From: Eledone cirrhosa
Taxonomy: Eukaryota
Direction of reading: 5' to 3'
Assembly (NCBI GenBank): GCA_964016885.1
Contig: OZ024747.1
Span: forward strand, 88,846,001 to 88,910,000
Length of the DNA stretch: 64,000 nt
Made by a program: the position numbers and the translations under genes. The notes beneath the pieces were generated by a model. The model saw only the letters and a list, made by a program, of their open reading frames with translations. It did no database searches and was not told where the DNA came from. Below are positions 59,043-64,000 of the stretch, in pieces (position 1 is the stretch's first letter; each line of letters starts with the position of its first letter).

Positions 59043-60951
59043 GTGAGTCACCTTTAATGTGACCTTTCAGCTTGGTTTTATTTGGAAAATCATTTGAATA
59101 TTTATGATTTTGTCCATGCTTTGATTAGCCTTGATTCAGCCACAAGAGAAGTATGTTAGAAGAGGAAATTCTCTCTGTTATTAATCACACTACTTCAACG
59201 TGCTACATTAATTTCCTGATAGATTCATGGGTGTTTGGAGTAAAATTAGAATAAAGAAACAAGTTATATATTTCATAATACAATGTTGTAGTTTACTTGA
59301 AGCATTGTAAATAATATATAATGTGGAAACTGATAAAAGGCTAAACAATGCAAAATGAACATATGTATTTCGGTTTAGCCACTACTCTTCTAGTACTGTC
59401 AGTGAGAGAGTAACAGAAACAAATACCGGGGATTGTTTGACCACTTCCTCTTCGCACCAGTAGCCATAGAGACCTCAGGCGTACTTTGACCCTGTACTGC
59501 CACGCTCCTCCACAAGATCGGAATATCATCAGCCCATTTGAGGAAGAAACCTCACGAGGTGGGGTGGCTGTTGCAGTGGGTGTCGTTGGCCATTGTCCGC
59601 GGAAATGCTTTTGAGATCTTGTCTGCAGGGCACAGTCCAAATACCACCGTGCCCTAGGCTCAGAAGCCCATCACCCTCCCTCTTCCCCCTATTCTGTGAC
59701 CCCAGAGCCCTTGCCCTTCCTTTTCCGTTTTTAAATATTTGTAGTGTTTAGAGTGTCAGACAACATGCTTCATGGCAAAGAGTTATGGCCCTTTGCGTTC
59801 TGACTTCAAATCCCGCCAAGGTTAGCTTTCCCTTTTATCATTACGGGGTCGGTGAAATAAAGCACCGGTAATACACTGGGGTCGATTTAATCATCTTTCC
59901 CCTCCCCTAAAATTGTTGGCCTTGGGTCTAAATCAGAAATCGTTATTTAAAATAAAACAAAAACAAAAAAAAAACAATACAGTATTTAAGGAAAACTGAG
60001 AAATGTTAATAGTTTGTTTGTTTCCTACTTAGCTGTTATCATTCTTATCTTTACTTGTCTTTTCCTTCAAGCTATTCAATTTACTCATCAGGAAGCAGTA
60101 GACCTTGTTCTGTGTGAAGCCAACATCTTACACCTATTCTATGACTGATTTTACATTAATGCAATAGTTAAAATTAATGGTACAACAGACTGATAAGGAT
60201 GTTAAAACAATCCACTTGAGATATATCTCCATTTTAGCCACAACTACTTTAGGCAGTAATTATCTTTAGTTTCAGTTTTTCTTGTCTAAATCAAATGAAA
60301 TTCAATCCTGAATGGTAATTTGAAATTATGGAGACATTTAGTCTGCCTCTACTTGAGATGAGGTGGTGAATTGGCAGAGATGTCATGGCATCAGATTAAA
60401 AAAGACCTTGATATTTGTTCCGGCTTACTTCATCGAGTTCAAATCCTATCAAGGTCATCTTTACCTTTCATCCTTTCGATGTTGATAAATAAAGTACCAG
60501 TCCAGTACTAGGATCGATTTGTCTTTCATTTCTCTTTCTCTTTCTCTTTCTCTCTATCCTTCTTTGGAAGAAATCAACTGTGTTTAGACCTGGAAAGGGA
60601 TGGGGCTTTTCCAGCTTTGAAATGTTCAAGACACACTGTGTATCAAGGTGGAGCCCCTACGACTCCATTAGGAGTTAAGGGCCCTTACCTTTCCTTTCCT
60701 ACTTAACATACTCTCAGGTCTTTAATAACCCCCCCCCCCTTGCTTTTAATCCAGCCCCTCCATTAAATTTGACCAGTCTATCTCCAGTGAAATTTTATTG
60801 TAAGTGATTTATATTGATACAGCACCTGGAGAAACTAATAATAATTCTATTTTACATTAAAAAACATTATATATGACAAAAAAGAACATTACAAAAAATC
60901 CCATATTAAGAGCATATGCTATACAATTACCAATTTCCCCGCCTCCAATTT

Positions 60952-61755
60952 ATAATAATAATAATGAAATTATTGTGTACAGTGCTCAGGTGCACTACAA
61001 ATCATCAAAGGTGCATGTATAGTACATAGAATAATGTACAAATGTCAGGAAAGTGAACAGTGTATGAGTCACGATATACACACAGATACATGCATACGTG
61101 TATATGGAGGAGAAATATCAGGTAGAGTGTTGGCAAATTTCGGGAAGCCTGGAAGTTATGAAGGATGCAGTGTCCCAACAGCTAACAACTGAAGCAGGTA
61201 GTTTGTTCCATGCTTCAGCAACTCTGAGCGTGAAAAAATATTTCCGAAAGTCATGGGAGCTGTGCTGTTTTCTGACTTTGTAGGCATGCCCACGCGTGTT
61301 AGACACATGGAATTCAAAAAGGTGCTCAGGGTTGTTGTTGGCAAGATGGTTAATAATTTTGTGGGTGTTTACCAAGTCAGTTGCCAGTTGTCGGAACTTT
61401 AATGTATCCTTGCTCAGAGAAGCAAGGCGTCCAGAGTATGGTAGATGCCTTATGGAGGGTATTCGGTTGGTTGCACATCTCTCAACAGTTTCTGGGAGGT
61501 CAATTTTCTGAGCAAGATAGGGGTTCCAGACTGGTGATGCAAATTCTAAGTGTGGCCTCACCATAGCTATATACAGCTTTAAATAGAAAGCTGGAGAGCG
61601 GCTGACAAAGATCTTGCTGAGTGATGCCAAGACACTTTCGGGCTTCTTCACAATTTTAGATATGTGCTTTGTCCAACGCAAACCATTGCTGACATTAATG
61701 TCCAGGTCATGTTCACAAGAAGACTTCTTGAGATTAGTGTTGTGGAGGGAGTACG
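60952..61755 (-). mobile_element. CR1/L2-group LINE 3' fragment inserted into a MITE
   Basis: ORF 61118-61681 is homologous to 54960-55523, with an (AAT)n tail at about 60952-60964. Confidence 0.9.
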
Positions 61756-61861
61756 TGAATGCTTACAAGAATTTAAGCAAATGTCCACCCCACCCCCTAT
61801 TATTTGAGACCCAAGAGTATTTACTAAAATAATATCCTTTGTTCTTTTGTTGACATTGCAG

Positions 61862-61942
61862 GTGGAATTGGCATTCCTGGTGCTGTTGTTGGAATCCTTA
61901 TTGGAGGCTGTGTACTTCGCCGTTTTCAACTCTGTCCAAAAG
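61862..61942 (+). CDS. SLCO/OATP coding exon 4 (81 nt); gene continues beyond the window
   Basis: TTGCAG acceptor at 61861. Reads (G)GIGIPGAVVGILIGGCVLRRFQLCPK, matching the OATP segment expected after exon 3. The donor G|GTCAAT is weak but preserves phase 1. Confidence 0.85.
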
Positions 61943-62671
61943 GTCAATATAATTCAAACCCAATAATTTGTTATCTTTCATGAGTATGTTATTGCTGCTG
62001 CTGCATTACACATACAACTCAAAATAAAGGGAAGAAATAACTACTGGAAAATAAGAGTTAATTCCCTTTGTAATAATCTTTATTTTTTATAAACATTTCA
62101 GTCAGTTTGTTAAGACTTAAGATCTTTATATTCTGGCTAGATATAAAGAATAAATGGGAAAAAATACAAAAAAAAAAGAAAAAGACAAAAACAGCAACAA
62201 CTCAATTTTATGTCTATGAAGCTTAGATATCATTAAATGAAGATCTGGAAAGAATTAATATTTCAAGAAATGAGACATCACCATTTCACAGTACTCAATC
62301 TTCAATGATCTAATAGAGTGATAGAGCTATATCTTTAATCATTTGTGTTAAAAATAATAAATTATTAAACACTTGAATACTACATTATCACATTTTTACA
62401 CACATTCCACTATAAAATTGTGACTATATATTAAATGTGAAGGCATGTTGTCCAAGTGGTTAAGATGTTGGGCTTGTGATCATAAAATTATGGGTTCAAT
62501 CTCCAGAATGAGTGGCCCATTGTGTCCTTGAGCAAGGCACTTCATTTGAAATTATTCCAGTAAACTTAGCTGAAAAAATGAGTACCACCAGCAACAACAG
62601 CAGTAGTTAGGAGTTAACTTTGCTACAGATTAGCATCTATACTTTCAGTCACATGAAACCACAAGAAACTA

Positions 62672-64000
62672 GGATAAGATCTGGCCTGATGACCTCCAGC
62701 TTGGTGAGCATCAACCTGATAAGATCTGGCCTGATGACCTCCAGCTTGGTGAGCATCAACCTGATAAGATCTGGCCTGATGACCTCCAGCTTAGTGAGCA
62801 TCAACCTGATAAGATCTGGCCTGATGACCTCCAGCTTGGTGAGCATCAGCCTGATAAGATCTGGCCTGATGACCTCCAGCTTGGTGAGCATCAACCTGAT
62901 AAGATCTGGCCTGATGACCTCCAGCTTGGTGAGCACAGCTTGATAAGATCTGGCCTGATGACCTCCAGCTTGGTGAGCATCAGCTTGATGACCTCCAGCT
63001 TGGTGAGCATCAGCCTGATAAGCTGTGGCCTGATGACCTCCAGCTTGGGGAGCATCAGCCTGATAAGCTGTGGCCTGATGAGCTCTGGTCTGGTCAGTTT
63101 GGTGTAGTGAGCTCCAGGGGCTGTTGACCTCCAGCTTGGTGAGCTTTGGCCTGGTGGGCTCCAGTCTGGTGAGTTTTGGTCGAGTCAGTTCCAGCCTGGT
63201 GAGCTCCGGCTTGATAACCTCCAGCTTGGTAAGCTTCAACCTAATGAGCTCTGGTCTGGTGATATCCAGACTAATGACTTCCAGCTTGGTGGTGTCTGGC
63301 CAGGTGAGCTCCAGCTTGGTGGTGTCTGGCCAGGTGAGCTCCAGCTTGGTGGTGTCTGGCCAGGTGAGCTCCAGCTTGGTGGTGTCTGGTCTGGTGAGCT
63401 CCAGCTTGGTGGTGTCTGGCCTGGTGAGCTCCAGCTTGGTGGTGTCTGGCCTGGTGAGCTCCAGCTTGGTGGTGTATGGTCTGGTGAGCTCCAGCTTGGT
63501 GGTGTCTGGTCTGGTGAGCTCCAGCTTGGTGGTGTCTGGCCTGGTGAGCTCCAGCTTGGTGGTGTCTGGTCTGGTGAGCTCCAGCTTGGTGGTGTCTGGC
63601 CTGGTGAGCTCCAGCTTGGTGGTGTCTGGCCTGGTGAGCTCCAGCTTGGTGGTGTCTGGCCTGGTGAGCTCCAGCTTGATGGTGTCTGGCCTGGTGAGCT
63701 CCAGCTTGGTGGTGTCTGGTCTGGTGAGCTCCAGCTTGGTGGTGTCTGGCCTGGTGAGCTCCAGCTTGGTGGTGTCTGGCCTGGTGAGCTCCAGCTTGGT
63801 GGTGTCTGGCCTGGTGAGCTCCAGCTTGGTGGCGTCTGGCCTGGTGAGCTCCAGCTTGGTGGTGTCTGGTCTGGTGAGCTCCAGCTTGGTGGTGTCTGGC
63901 CTGGTGAGCTCCAGCTTGGTGGTGTCTGGTCTGGTGAGCTCCAGCTTGGTGGTGTCTGGCCTGGTGAGCTCCAGCTTGGTGGTGTCTGGCCTGGTGAGCT
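62672..64000. repeat. 15-bp-based minisatellite: 45-bp units (62672-63070), degenerate 15-mers, then 30-bp units (63280 to the window end)
   Basis: CTGATAAGATCTGGC-CTGATGACCTCCAGC-TTGGTGAGCATCAAC, then CTGGTGAGCTCCAGC-TTGGTGGTGTCTGGC. Confidence 0.95.

Noticed and set aside
62672-63080. Repeated CTGATGA in the 45-bp repeat as tandem hammerheads
   Set aside because: No downstream GAAA or compatible stems in the unit.

Overview
This is AT-rich, microsatellite-dense animal DNA, most likely from a coleoid cephalopod such as Octopus (inferred from the repeat landscape). It holds one host gene: four coding exons of an SLCO/OATP organic-anion transporter on the + strand (33599-34505, 44581-44892, 58878-59042, 61862-61942), which continues beyond the window. 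The rest is introns or upstream DNA filled with tRNA-derived SINEs, RTE- and CR1-type LINE fragments, piggyBac/hAT/pogo-type MITEs, a mariner fossil and three large tandem arrays. The most striking signal is a set of insertions embedded in (TA)n tracts. These are two degenerate Penelope-like retroelement (PLE; RT + GIY-YIG) copies with an inverted terminal segment and a variant hammerhead ribozyme, and two stand-alone type I hammerhead motifs. There are also two long fold-back palindromes centred on what looks like hammerhead stem II, and a mini-element whose two PLE ends enclose an inverted copy of nearby genomic DNA. Most long ORFs in the supplied track are microsatellite artefacts.
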